64,000 nucleotides of DNA from Clostridia bacterium (lineage in GTDB: Bacteria > Bacillota > Clostridia > Christensenellales > UBA1242): NCBI GenBank assembly GCA_017466725.1, contig JAFTTP010000002.1, positions 955-64,954 of the forward strand, given 5' to 3'. Position numbers and translations under genes: made by a program. The notes below the pieces were generated by a model that did no database searches, was not told the DNA's origin, and was given only the letters and a program-made list of their open reading frames with translations. Positions 47,686 through 56,483 of the stretch are shown piece by piece (the stretch's first letter is position 1; every line of letters starts with the position of its first letter).

Positions 47686-47968
47686 GAGGGATAATGAAAA
47701 GGTACTTTACTTTATTCTAGCAATTATTACAATCGCTTACATAGGCGTGCTTTGTTACGCAAACATTGCACTTAGCGTGCCAGAATGGCTTGGATATATT
47801 CAAACTTATGGCGGCATTGTTATTGCGCTTGCCTATGCTGCCATCAATTTCTTTGGCAGCCCACTTAAAACTGTATTCTTTATACTATTAGTGCTTGCAA
47901 CAGTTTTATTAATTCTATCAATTGTAATTCCAGATGTATTTAGGGGAATATTTGGTATTAAAGCGTAA
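47675..47968 (+). CDS. Small membrane protein (97 aa, 3 predicted TM helices)
   Basis: A hydrophobic ORF overlapping the preceding stop. The start is uncertain. Confidence 0.5.
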   Translation: MKNRRDNEKVLYFILAIITIAYIGVLCYANIALSVPEWLGYIQTYGGIVIALAYAAINFFGSPLKTVFFILLVLATVLLILSIVIPDVFRGIFGIKA

Positions 47969-47977
47969 AGGGGAGAC

Positions 47978-50476
47978 ATGGATAAACTTTTATTAGTTGA
48001 TGGCAACAGTATAGCAAACAGAGCATTCTATGCTCTGCCTTTTTTAAGCAATCATGAGGGTAAACCTTCAGGTGCAGTGTTTGGATTTGCAAATATTCTT
48101 ATAAAGTTGTTTCAAAACGAAAAGCCTTCGCATATTGTTGTAGCTTTTGACCATGCGCGTAAGACTTTTAGAAATGACATTTATGCCGACTATAAAATGC
48201 AAAGAAAACCCACCCCAGTAGAACTTAAAGAGCAAATGCCTTTGATAAAGGAAATGCTGGACAAATTAAAAATTCAGCATATTGAAATTGCGGGCATAGA
48301 GGCAGACGATATTATCGGTACAGTTTCAAAACAATTTGATGGCAACAGAATAATCCTTTCTGGAGATAAAGACCTGTTGCAACTTATTGACGATAAAACA
48401 ACAGTTTGGCTTACCAAAAAGGGTGTAAGTGAAGTTGATAAGGTGGACGAGGCGCGGTTAAACGAAATGTTTGGCATAAAACCATATCAAATAATCGAGC
48501 TTAAAGCGCTTATGGGGGATACGTCTGATAATATTCCAGGTGTTAAAGGTGTTGGCGAAAAAACTGCACTAGATTTACTTGCAAAACATCAAAACGTATC
48601 AAATATTTATGCAAATATAGATCAAATTACTGGTAAACTTAAAGAAAAACTTATTATAGACAAAAAAATGGCTTTTATGTCAAAACAACTTGCAACTATA
48701 AACAGAAATTGTGAAGTTGAAGTTGACTTTGACAAATGTAAATTAAATATGCCATTTGATGAAGAGGCTTTTGCATTTTTTAAGGCAATGGACTTTTCTT
48801 CCCTTCTTAAAAACGAAAATCTATATGATCTTGATAAAGTAAAAAAAGTTGCCAGCAAGGTTGAAAGCAAAGTATTAAGTAGGGCAATAATGGAAGACAT
48901 GGCTAAATCGATACAAGATGTTTTTTGTTATGACCTTGCCAACATGAAATTTTTTTTCAAAAATACTATTTATTACCTTGAACAAAACTTTTCTATGTTT
49001 CAAGATGAATTAAGCATGGAAGAGGTGTGCCAATGTTTAAAAAGGGTGTTTGAAGATGACAAAATATTAAAAATTACACCTGCAGCCAAAAACGATATGC
49101 ATATTTTGAATAAAATGGGTATATCCTTTGCAAACTTTTTCGATTTAAATGTTGCTGAGTATACGCTTAGCGCCGGCAATAAGGCTGCAAATTTTAACAT
49201 TGAACCGCACGAATATCTTGAGCGAAAAGTCTTTTTAGAAAAAGCCATTCAAGAAAATAATTTAACATTTATTTACAATAGTATTGAAATGCCGCTTGTA
49301 AAAGTGCTGTTTGAAATGGAAAGAGATGGCTTTAAGATTAATGAAACTCGTTTAAATGAAATTGGTGAAGAGTTCAATGCCAAGATTAAACTACTTGAAG
49401 AGGATATTTATCAAGCAGCAGGTGAGGTTTTTAATATAAACTCACCTAAGCAAGTTGCCCATATATTATTTGATAAGTTGGGCATTGAAGCATATAACAA
49501 CAAAAAGCAATCGACAAGCGCGGCAGTGCTTGAAGAGTTAAGATATATTCCAATTGTTGATGATATTTTGGTGTATAGAAAATACTCAAAGTTGATCAAC
49601 ACATACATCGAAGTATATAAAAATATTTGCTTGAACAGCGGAAATGTTATTCATACAACGTTTAATCAAACATTGACCAGCACTGGCAGACTTTCTAGCA
49701 GCGAGCCAAACCTTCAAAATATTCCAACAAGGGATGATGAAGGTAAAAACTTAAGAAAAATTTTCATTTCAAAATTTGAGGGCGGACAAATTTTGTCGGC
49801 AGATTATAATCAAATTGAATTGCGTTTACTTGCAGATATGTCTGGCGAAGAAGAACTGATTGGTGCGTATAGAAGAGGTGACGATATACACTCTATTACT
49901 GCATCTCAAATTTTCAACATTCCATTAACTGAAGTTACACCAGCACATAGGCGTGACGCCAAAGCGGTGAATTTTGGTATTATTTACGGTATAAGCGATT
50001 ACGGCCTTTCGCAAAACATTAAAAGTACGCGTGCAAAAGCAAAAGAATATATTGATTCATACTTTGCAAGATACCCAAAAGTAAAGGAATTTATGAATTC
50101 AAATGTTGCAATTGCAACAGAAAAGGGATATGCAGAAACAAAATTTGGCAGAATAAGACGTATACCAGAACTCTCTTCGGCCAAATACCTTACACGCGCC
50201 TTTGGGCAAAGGGTTGCCATGAATATGCCTCTACAAGGTACGGCATCAGATATTATAAAATTGGCAATGCTGAAAGTGGCGCGCTCGCTTAAAGAAAACA
50301 AACTTAAAAGTCAGCTTATACTTCAGATTCATGACGAATTGATAATAGACGTATATCCTGGTGAACTGGCTAAGGTTAAAGAGATTATTGTAAAAGATAT
50401 GGAAAATATTGCGCAATTGCAAGTTACGCTTAAAGTTTCTGTTGGCGAAGGTGAAAATTTGTACGATTGCAAGTAA
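47978..50476 (+). CDS. polA: DNA polymerase I
   Basis: 5-prime nuclease domain (LLVDGNS, GDKDLLQL). Polymerase motif A is ADYNQIELRLLA, motif B RRDAKAVNFGIIYG and motif C LQIHDELII. Confidence 0.97.
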   Translation: MDKLLLVDGNSIANRAFYALPFLSNHEGKPSGAVFGFANILIKLFQNEKPSHIVVAFDHARKTFRNDIYADYKMQRKPTPVELKEQMPLIKEMLDKLKIQHIEIAGIEADDIIGTVSKQFDGNRIILSGDKDLLQLIDDKTTVWLTKKGVSEVDKVDEARLNEMFGIKPYQIIELKALMGDTSDNIPGVKGVGEKTALDLLAKHQNVSNIYANIDQITGKLKEKLIIDKKMAFMSKQLATINRNCEVEVDFDKCKLNMPFDEEAFAFFKAMDFSSLLKNENLYDLDKVKKVASKVESKVLSRAIMEDMAKSIQDVFCYDLANMKFFFKNTIYYLEQNFSMFQDELSMEEVCQCLKRVFEDDKILKITPAAKNDMHILNKMGISFANFFDLNVAEYTLSAGNKAANFNIEPHEYLERKVFLEKAIQENNLTFIYNSIEMPLVKVLFEMERDGFKINETRLNEIGEEFNAKIKLLEEDIYQAAGEVFNINSPKQVAHILFDKLGIEAYNNKKQSTSAAVLEELRYIPIVDDILVYRKYSKLINTYIEVYKNICLNSGNVIHTTFNQTLTSTGRLSSSEPNLQNIPTRDDEGKNLRKIFISKFEGGQILSADYNQIELRLLADMSGEEELIGAYRRGDDIHSITASQIFNIPLTEVTPAHRRDAKAVNFGIIYGISDYGLSQNIKSTRAKAKEYIDSYFARYPKVKEFMNSNVAIATEKGYAETKFGRIRRIPELSSAKYLTRAFGQRVAMNMPLQGTASDIIKLAMLKVARSLKENKLKSQLILQIHDELIIDVYPGELAKVKEIIVKDMENIAQLQVTLKVSVGEGENLYDCK

Positions 50477-50550
50477 TTTTTAAAAAAGATTGATAATTAT
50501 TTGACTTGAAATAGAAAAATAGTCTATAATTATGGTGGAGATGTAGTGTA

Positions 50551-50970
50551 ATGCAAAGAAAAATGGGTATAGATTATGGAGATCGTCGTATAGGTATTGC
50601 AATGACTGACGCACTTTGTATTATATCCAGCCCTTATGAAGTGTATCAAAATAAGGGCGTTGAAGATGCAATTCAACATATTGCTATGCTTGTCAAAGAG
50701 TATAACGTGTGCGAAATTGCAATGGGGCTTCCTATAAATATGGATGGCACTGAGGGCGAAAGGGCCCTTCTTCACAGAGAAATTGGTCAAAAGATTTCTC
50801 AACAAACAGGGGTAGAAGTATTTTATATTGATGAGCGCTTAACCTCGGCAGAGGCAGAAGAAATTTTGATTTCAAGCGGTGTCCGAAGGGAAAAGCGAAA
50901 GGAACTTATCGATAAAATATCCGCTCAAATAATTTTGCAAACACACATTGAAAATAAAAGGGGAAAATAA
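50551..50970 (+). CDS. ruvX: Holliday junction resolvase-like / pre-16S rRNA nuclease RuvX (YqgF)
   Basis: GIDYGDRRIGIA and DERLTSAEAE motifs. Confidence 0.93.
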   Translation: MQRKMGIDYGDRRIGIAMTDALCIISSPYEVYQNKGVEDAIQHIAMLVKEYNVCEIAMGLPINMDGTEGERALLHREIGQKISQQTGVEVFYIDERLTSAEAEEILISSGVRREKRKELIDKISAQIILQTHIENKRGK

Positions 50971-51392
50971 TGGAAAATAAAGAACAAGACGTAAAGCCAG
51001 TTGACCTTCTTGATGTATTACTCGATCAAGACAATAAAGAACCAATTGTGCTTATGGATGAAAAAGGCAAACAACTTACTTTTGAACAAGTTGCAGTTAT
51101 TCCTTACGAAGTTAGAAAGGAAAAGAGATTATATGTCGTTTTAAAACCAATGGATAAAATTGAAGGCATTGGCGAAGACGAAGCTGTCGTATTCTATGTT
51201 GATGAAGATGATGAAGGCAACACAATCATCAAGGTTGAAGAAGACGAAGAAGTAGCAATTGCAGTATTTGATAAATACTACGATCTTCTTGAAGAAGCGC
51301 AAAAAGAAGAAAAGGCTGCAAAAAAGAAAACTGCTGCGAAACCAAAAACAACTGGTAAAACAGCTGGCGCAAAGAAAACAACTAAAAAGTAA
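50970..51392 (+). CDS. DUF1292 family protein with a Lys/Ala/Thr-rich basic tail
   Basis: Typical DUF1292 acidic core (LMDEKGKQLTFEQVAVIPY...LYVVLKP...DEAVVFYVDEDDEG) and the conserved position after ruvX. Confidence 0.8.
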   Translation: MENKEQDVKPVDLLDVLLDQDNKEPIVLMDEKGKQLTFEQVAVIPYEVRKEKRLYVVLKPMDKIEGIGEDEAVVFYVDEDDEGNTIIKVEEDEEVAIAVFDKYYDLLEEAQKEEKAAKKKTAAKPKTTGKTAGAKKTTKK

Positions 51393-51399
51393 AAAAAAT

Positions 51400-51426
51400 C
51401 TCACCCGTTATGGGTGAGTTTTTTGT
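51400..51426 (+). terminator. Rho-independent terminator
   Basis: Stem CTCACCC / GGGTGAG with a 5-nt loop, followed by a T-run. Confidence 0.85.
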
Positions 51427-51507
51427 CGAAAAATGGTATATTTAAAATCCTTTTACCCATACTATTCGTACAAGGTATAAGCCTTGAATATATGGGGAGG
51501 TAAAACT

Positions 51508-51711
51508 ATGTTAGGTAAAAATTCTAGAATGTCTCAACATGCAAAAAAGTCTAGAGCAACAAAACAAAGTGCATCTAATGTAGAAGCCGGAAACGAGATG
51601 AGGGGATGCGCAAGAAATTGCAAGTCATCATCAACATCAAGCAAAACGTCTAATAAAACATCGAATAAGACGTCTGCTAAGTCTTCTACAAATGCTAAAA
51701 ATTGCAAATAG
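51508..51711 (+). CDS. Small, very basic Ser/Thr/Lys/Asn-rich protein (67 aa)
   Basis: RBS GGGGAGG lies 8 nt before ATG 51508. The sequence is MLGKNSRMSQHAKKSRATKQSASNVEAGNEMRGCARNCKSSSTSSKTSNKTSNKTSAKSSTNAKNCK. Composition is reminiscent of minor SASP-type spore proteins, but no family is assigned. Confidence 0.5.
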   Translation: MLGKNSRMSQHAKKSRATKQSASNVEAGNEMRGCARNCKSSSTSSKTSNKTSNKTSAKSSTNAKNCK

Positions 51712-51723
51712 TTTAACTAATCA

Positions 51724-51753
51724 AAAAAGCCGCAGATTAACTGTGGCTTTTTG
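51724..51753. terminator. Bidirectional rho-independent terminator
   Basis: Stem GCCGCAG / CTGTGGC (one G-U pair) with a 5-nt loop, flanked by an A-run and a T-run. Confidence 0.75.
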
Positions 51754-51755
51754 TT

Positions 51756-52535
51756 TTATATTTGTGTTGCAGCATCAAAATTTTCTACTGAAAATTTTTC
51801 AAGACTGATTGTGAATTTTCCGGTTCCTGGTGTATTTATACTGTCAACAAAGTCAAAATCAAATTCAAGCATTTTGCAAGATTCAAAGTTGCTCATAGAA
51901 ATCCATGTGCCGCACGTAAGATTTGTAAATGCAATTTTTTCTTCGCTTTCAGCACCAACCATATTAAACGAACCATCTACTTTAAATTTGAATTCGTAAT
52001 TTGAGTTTGTTGCATCAAAGTATAGTATATTTGTTTTATATTCGTTGCCAATTTTGTCTTCATAAGGAAGATAATTGTTGCTGCCACTGCTTAAAATGGC
52101 ATAAGAAAGGTTATATTCAAATTCTTCCTTTTCCTCTCCATTAATACTTAATGAAATGTCAGAAACAAAAGCGTACATCATAGAACTTGCGTTGTTTTCT
52201 TGGAAAACGGCAGTGTATTCACCAGCAGTGTCTGCATTAACTGCAAATGAGTAAGACGTATCCCTTGCATCTTCGGTATGTTTTGCAATTTTAACAAGAT
52301 ATTCGTTGTCTTTTACCCATGCGACTAAAGGATTTGAGGCTGGATTATTTTCAGCTGCGTTGATTGTAATGGTTGAGTCTTCTTTAAACTTATCGGCGCC
52401 AAGACTGATAGGATGTCCAAAAGAACTTTCATTAGTTTTTAATGAAATAGGATGATATGTAACGCTGCTGCAAGCAGATAATATAACAGGGCATAAACAA
52501 AGCAAGGATAATACAATTTTAGATGATTTTTTCAT
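51756..52535 (-). CDS. Lipoprotein, function unknown
   Basis: Start at MKKSSKIVLSLLCLCPVILSAC (lipobox LSAC) with RBS AAGGAAG. The longer ORF to 52643 is unlikely. Confidence 0.7.
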   Translation of the reverse strand: MKKSSKIVLSLLCLCPVILSACSSVTYHPISLKTNESSFGHPISLGADKFKEDSTITINAAENNPASNPLVAWVKDNEYLVKIAKHTEDARDTSYSFAVNADTAGEYTAVFQENNASSMMYAFVSDISLSINGEEKEEFEYNLSYAILSSGSNNYLPYEDKIGNEYKTNILYFDATNSNYEFKFKVDGSFNMVGAESEEKIAFTNLTCGTWISMSNFESCKMLEFDFDFVDSINTPGTGKFTISLEKFSVENFDAATQI

Positions 52536-52669
52536 AATACTTCCTTTTATCTTTATATATCCTATTATCTTCATTTTTTCAATATTTGTCAAATTATTTG
52601 CTTTAAATTTTAATTTATAAGTGTATTTTTTATTAGTCTGCATAGAATATTCTTTGTAAAGAGGTGTTT

Positions 52670-53428
52670 ATGTGGGAATTTTCTCTTAATTTTAAGAGTG
52701 AAAATTTTGAAATTGCAAAATATGTCCATAATACATTAAAAGAATTGGCAAAATGGATGTTTGTAACTTCAAGTGAAAATAACGGTACAATAAGCGTGTT
52801 GGTGGCTGTTGAAGATGACCATCAAGACAAAACAAAATCAATGCTGTGCGGAATAGTTACTGAAATTGTTTGTACTAAATTTAAAGCAGATTATTTAAAT
52901 AGGCATTTGGCACTTCCAATGCAAGACGAGGTTGGGCTTCATGCTTTTAAAAAGGCGCTATTGAATTTTGACAGAGAAACAGACAAATATCTTGTAAAAC
53001 GTGCACTTACCTTTTCTGGATCTCTTTATATTGAGTCTTTTTACGCCTTTAAATTGCGACCGTTGCAAGAAAAGTGGGAAGAACTTGTTAGGCTGTCAAA
53101 TGAAAATAGAGACTATTTGATTTCGCGAGAAAGTTTTATAGATTTGCTTAAATTTTTAGTTGATAATTTGGATATATGCGAAGATGAAATAGGTATTTTA
53201 AAAGAAGAAGAGGGCTATCGAATAATCAACTGTGATAATTCATTTTACACAAATAAAATTATAAGCGAAGAAAAAGTACTGTCTTCGGTGATTGACCTTT
53301 CACCACAAAAAATCAAGCTGTATTTTCAAGATGGTAGTTATGCAATTAATCTGTTGCAACGGGTATTTGAAGAAAGAGTTGTGGTTAACAACGAAAAAAA
53401 CAATATAAAAACATTTAAAATGCAATAA
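52670..53428 (+). CDS. ytxC: YtxC-like putative sporulation protein
   Basis: About 250 aa and located directly upstream of thrS, as ytxC is in Bacillus. Resemblance was judged by position and size, so the call is tentative. Confidence 0.55.
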   Translation: MWEFSLNFKSENFEIAKYVHNTLKELAKWMFVTSSENNGTISVLVAVEDDHQDKTKSMLCGIVTEIVCTKFKADYLNRHLALPMQDEVGLHAFKKALLNFDRETDKYLVKRALTFSGSLYIESFYAFKLRPLQEKWEELVRLSNENRDYLISRESFIDLLKFLVDNLDICEDEIGILKEEEGYRIINCDNSFYTNKIISEEKVLSSVIDLSPQKIKLYFQDGSYAINLLQRVFEERVVVNNEKNNIKTFKMQ

Positions 53429-53433
53429 AATAC

Positions 53434-53462
53434 TTGACAAGGTTGTGACAAGGTGCTATTAT
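53434..53462 (+). promoter_or_regulatory. Sigma-A promoter TTGACA-17-TATTAT for the thrS leader
   Basis: -35 TTGACA at 53434-53439, a 17-nt spacer, and -10 TATTAT at 53457-53462. Confidence 0.7.
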
Positions 53463-53464
53463 TA

Positions 53465-53662
53465 ATGCATAACTTGGAGTGAAAGACAAGTAGGGGCATT
53501 TGATGTGCACAGAGAAGGGTTGGCTGGTGAAAAACCTTGACTAAAATGTTGCTGAAACCACTATTCGCGAAGATGAGTTGCAAATAAGAGGCTTGTTTTT
53601 TGCAAGCAATTAAGGTGGAACCGCGGTTAACAATCGTCCTTAAGTTATAGGGCGATTTTTTA
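53465..53662 (+). promoter_or_regulatory. T-box riboswitch leader, Thr-specific (specifier ACC)
   Basis: AGAGA (GA motif) near 53511 and GGTGAAA in the distal Stem I region. The candidate specifier is GAA-ACC-A, with ACC at 53557-53559. The T-box sequence AATTAAGGTGGAACCGCGG lies at 53608-53626. A terminator hairpin AATCGTCC / GGGCGATT plus a T-run lies at 53632-53662. Confidence 0.85.
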
Positions 53663-53685
53663 TTTGCCCAAATAGGAGGAAAATT

Positions 53686-55425
53686 ATGGAAATTAAACAA
53701 CAACACGATGTAGAACTTGAAAAAGCAAGACACTCAATGGCGCACATTTTGGCCAAAGCGATTATGAGTTTATACCCACAAACTAAACTTACAATTGGGC
53801 CAGCAATTGAAGATGGGTTTTATTACGACATAGACCTTGATCATTCAATTACGCCAGAAGAATACAGCGCAATTGAAAAGAAGATGAAAGAAATTTTAAA
53901 CAAAGGTGAAAACTTTGAAAGAAAGGTTGTTTCTAAAGAAGAGGCACTTAAACTTTTTGCAGGAAATCCTTTTAAAACTGAAATTATAAACGAACTTCCA
54001 GCCGGTGAAGAAGTGTCGCTTTATTACACGGGTGATGACTTCTTTGACCTTTGCCGAGGTCCTCACGTAGAAAGCGCAAGACAACTTCAAAATATGGGGT
54101 TTAAAATTCACAGTGTAAACGGTGCATATTGGAGAGGAAGTGAAAAGAATAAAATGCTCCAAAGAGTGTACTGCTATGCATTTAAAACAAAGAAAGACCT
54201 TGCGGATTATGTAACAATGATTGAAGAAGCAAAGAAACGTGATAACAGAAAACTTGGCAGAGAATTAAAGCTGTTTATGATTTCTCCAGAGGGGCCAGGA
54301 TTCCCATTTTATCTTCCAAACGGAATGACTGTAAGAAATCTTTTGATTGATTATTGGAGAGAGATTCACAGAGAAGCTGGTTATAAAGAAGTTATGACAC
54401 CAATTATGCTTAACCGTCATCTTTGGGAAACTTCTGGTCACTGGGACCATTATCAAAAGAATATGTACACATCTACAATTGATGATGAAACTTATGCAAT
54501 TAAACCAATGAATTGTCCAGGCGGGGTGCTTGTTTATAAGAATGAACCACATTCATATAGAGATTTGCCTTTAAGGGTTGGTGAACTTGGACTTGTTCAT
54601 AGATATGAAAAATCAGGTGAACTTGGCGGGCTTTTAAGAGTTAGATGCTTTACGCAAGATGATGCACACATTTTTATGATGCCATCTCAAATTAAAGACG
54701 AAATCAAAGGCGTAGTTGATTTAATTGATAAAGTATATAAAATTTTCAATTTTGATTATCACATTGAACTTTCAACGCGCCCAGAAAATAGTATGGGTAG
54801 TGACGAAGATTGGGAATTGGCAACAACTGGCTTGAGAGATGCACTTGATGAACTTGGAAGAGATTATGTTGTAAACGAAGGTGATGGTGCCTTCTACGGA
54901 CCAAAAATTGACTTCCATTTAACAGATACTCTTGGAAGAACATGGCAATGTGGAACAATACAATTAGACTTTCAATTACCACAAAGATTTGAGCTTGAAT
55001 ATATTGGTGAAGATGGAAGTAAACATAGACCAATTATGATTCATAGAGTAGTATATGGCTCTCTAGACAGATTTATGGGGTTATTAATTGAAAATTTTGC
55101 CGGTGCATTCCCACTCTGGCTTGCACCAGAACAAATCAGGGTACTTTCACTTACTGAAAGAAACAATGATTATGCTCATTCAATTAAGGAAAAATTATTT
55201 GACCTTGGCTTTAGGGTTGAAGAAGACCTTAGAAATGAAAAAATTGGTTATAAGATTAGAGAAGCAATGAGCATGAAACTTCCGTACCTTATTATTGTAG
55301 GTGACGAGGAAGAGGCAAATGGTACAATCTCTATTAGGGGACGTGGTTTTGAAAACAAGAGCGGTCTAAACTTGTCAGATTTTATCGAACGCCTTAAAAA
55401 TGAGGTAAAAACAAAGAAAATTTAA
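53686..55425 (+). CDS. thrS: Threonine--tRNA ligase, short form without the N-terminal TGS domain
   Basis: 579 aa. It starts roughly where the B. subtilis enzyme has residue ~65 (RHSMAHILAKAI...). It has the class II motifs (VHRYEKSGELGGLLRVRCFTQDDAHIF) and an anticodon-binding domain. Confidence 0.95.
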   Translation: MEIKQQHDVELEKARHSMAHILAKAIMSLYPQTKLTIGPAIEDGFYYDIDLDHSITPEEYSAIEKKMKEILNKGENFERKVVSKEEALKLFAGNPFKTEIINELPAGEEVSLYYTGDDFFDLCRGPHVESARQLQNMGFKIHSVNGAYWRGSEKNKMLQRVYCYAFKTKKDLADYVTMIEEAKKRDNRKLGRELKLFMISPEGPGFPFYLPNGMTVRNLLIDYWREIHREAGYKEVMTPIMLNRHLWETSGHWDHYQKNMYTSTIDDETYAIKPMNCPGGVLVYKNEPHSYRDLPLRVGELGLVHRYEKSGELGGLLRVRCFTQDDAHIFMMPSQIKDEIKGVVDLIDKVYKIFNFDYHIELSTRPENSMGSDEDWELATTGLRDALDELGRDYVVNEGDGAFYGPKIDFHLTDTLGRTWQCGTIQLDFQLPQRFELEYIGEDGSKHRPIMIHRVVYGSLDRFMGLLIENFAGAFPLWLAPEQIRVLSLTERNNDYAHSIKEKLFDLGFRVEEDLRNEKIGYKIREAMSMKLPYLIIVGDEEEANGTISIRGRGFENKSGLNLSDFIERLKNEVKTKKI

Positions 55426-55487
55426 TAGTTTTCACTTTGAAAATGTATTTAGTTGTGTTAAAATGATGCATAGGAGGTAAACTAAAC

Positions 55488-55877
55488 ATGATGGATCCAA
55501 CAACTATTGTACTGTTAGTGCTTATCGTTGTGCTTGTGATTGCATATCCTATTTTAGTTTCTACAAGAAACAAGAAGGAAAGACAAAGATATCAAGAAAT
55601 GAGCAACTCGCTTAAACGTGGGGATAAGGTGCTTACATCCAGCGGCGTTTATGGAACGATTGTTGATCTTCATATGGAAGAAGACAAAAAAATTGTTACT
55701 ATTGAAACTGGTATGGGTAAGAATAAAGGCTATATGGCTGTAGACGCATATGCAATTTATACTGTTTTCCCAGACGAGAAAGAACAAGCTGAGCAACAAA
55801 AGACAGAAGAAAAAACTAATGCTGAAACTGAAGTGCAAAAGTCTAAGAAAGATGAAAAGAAAGAGGAAGATAAATAA
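55488..55877 (+). CDS. yajC: Preprotein translocase subunit YajC
   Basis: A single TM helix plus LKRGDKVLTSSGVYGTIVDL, with an extended charged C-terminal tail. Confidence 0.88.
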   Translation: MMDPTTIVLLVLIVVLVIAYPILVSTRNKKERQRYQEMSNSLKRGDKVLTSSGVYGTIVDLHMEEDKKIVTIETGMGKNKGYMAVDAYAIYTVFPDEKEQAEQQKTEEKTNAETEVQKSKKDEKKEEDK

Positions 55878-55962
55878 TATCTTCTTTTTTTTGTTCTTTT
55901 TATTTTGTGCAAAGCATACCTTTTAATGAGAAAATGTATATTTCGCTTAAAAGGAGGCAAAT

Positions 55963-56379
55963 ATGAAAATGAAAGCAAAGGTAAGAGAAGGTGGCGGTAA
56001 ATACAGCGTTCTGCTAAAAAGCGTAATAAAAGGCAGTGTGTTTGCTTTGTGCTGCTCATTGCTGTGCGTTTTAGTGTTTGCCTTTCTTTTGAAATTTACA
56101 ACAATTCCAGATTCAGCAATTTCGCCAGTAAATCAGGTTATTAAAGGCATAAGTGTTTTTATAGGCGTCTTTATGGGATTGAAAAAATCTAAAGAATTTG
56201 GGCTTATAAGCGGTCTACTTATCGGTGTTGTATACACATTGCTAGCATTTTTTGTGTTTTCAATTTTGGCAGGTAGCTTATCTTTTGATTCTACCTTATT
56301 AATAGACGTGGCATTTGGCGCTGTTATTGGTGCTGTTTGCGGCATAATTTGTATAAACCTTAAAAAAAGTAGCAATTAA
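55963..56379 (+). CDS. Small polytopic membrane protein (TIGR04086/YrzE-like)
   Basis: 138 aa with 4 hydrophobic segments. Its position upstream of secDF is typical for this family in Clostridia. The assignment is tentative. Confidence 0.55.
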   Translation: MKMKAKVREGGGKYSVLLKSVIKGSVFALCCSLLCVLVFAFLLKFTTIPDSAISPVNQVIKGISVFIGVFMGLKKSKEFGLISGLLIGVVYTLLAFFVFSILAGSLSFDSTLLIDVAFGAVIGAVCGIICINLKKSSN

Positions 56380-56391
56380 ACAAAAAATTGA

Positions 56392-56420
56392 TTGACAAAT
56401 CGCCCTCAATTCTTTATAAT
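56392..56420 (+). promoter_or_regulatory. Consensus sigma-A promoter TTGACA-17-TATAAT upstream of secD
   Basis: Perfect hexamers with a 17-nt spacer. The 5-prime UTR contains the inverted repeat TTCGAAA-TAT-TTTCGAA (about 56440-56458). Confidence 0.7.
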
Positions 56421-56483
56421 AGAGAAAGTAATGTTTTATCTTCGAAATATTTTCGAAAAATATCAAGAATAAAGGGTACTTAA

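Noticed and set aside
51751-51999. An 82-aa plus-strand ORF overlapping the 3-prime end of the lipoprotein gene
   Set aside because: It begins inside the bidirectional terminator, has no RBS, and is antisense to an ORF with a clear lipobox signal peptide.
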